A DNA stretch of 64,000 nucleotides from Octopus bimaculoides. Lineage: Eukaryota. Below are positions 63,715-64,000 of this stretch, one piece after another. Below the pieces are notes generated by a model, which was not told the DNA's origin, did no database searches, and saw only the letters and a program-made list of their open reading frames with translations. The position numbers and the translations under genes were made by a program. Numbering within the stretch: the stretch's first letter is position 1; each line of letters begins with the position of its first letter. The stretch covers positions 28,061,930-28,125,929 of the forward strand of contig NC_068991.1 of the NCBI RefSeq assembly GCF_001194135.2, given 5' to 3'.

Positions 63715-64000
63715 AATTTGGCCTTGATAAATGTGCAAAAGCTACCTTTATCAAAGGAAAAATGACAAATACATCTAATGTGAACCTTGACCAACAAAAT
63801 GTCATAAAAGAGTTAGAACCAGCGGAGAGCTACAAATACCTAGGGGTAATTGAAGGGGACAATATCAAGCACTCAGTGATGAGGGAAAGGATCAGAAGAG
63901 AATGTTATCGCAGGGTGAGAGCAATACTGAAGACAGAGCTGAACGCGAGAAACAGGATCGAAGCGATCAATGCTCTAGCCATACCAGTCGTGACTTACAG
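63715..64000 (+). mobile_element. 5'-truncated R4/Dong-clade LINE (RT C-terminal region), open to the window edge
   Basis: FGLDKCAKATF...YKYLGV...ILKTELNARNRIEAINALAIPVVTY, immediately after a (TAA/TGA)n tract. Confidence 0.88.

Overview
AT-rich, microsatellite- and transposon-dense animal genomic DNA from a gapped draft assembly. The repeat families and gene content point to a coleoid cephalopod, probably Octopus (inference). No prokaryotic features or CRISPR arrays are present. (1) Host genes: a + strand tandem cluster of multi-exon CAP/SCP (CRISP/venom-allergen-like) genes, absent from the ORF track except as fragments. It comprises the 3' half of paralog 1 (CAP C-half, short hinge, EGF-like and ShKT exons, 1107-7561), a defective 5'-only copy (paralog 2, 21921-42620, in-frame TAG) and the open 5' two-thirds of paralog 3 (51873-63604: Thr-rich mucin-like stalk, Cys motif, CAP), which runs off the window. 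(2) Mobile DNA: a near-full-length CR1/L2-group LINE with a CCCH-zinc-finger ORF1, plus RTE, R4/Dong, HERO-type and Penelope-like retroelement fragments, mariner/Tc1 relics and at least five tRNA-derived SINE families. (3) Most unusual signal: about ten minimal type I hammerhead ribozyme motifs from several unrelated repeat families. They include a tRNA-headed, TSD-flanked SINE that carries a hammerhead with an intact core (3568-3860) and fold-back elements that carry hammerheads on both strands (17322-17852, 58947-60120). All alignments, translations and RNA folds were done by eye and need computational confirmation.
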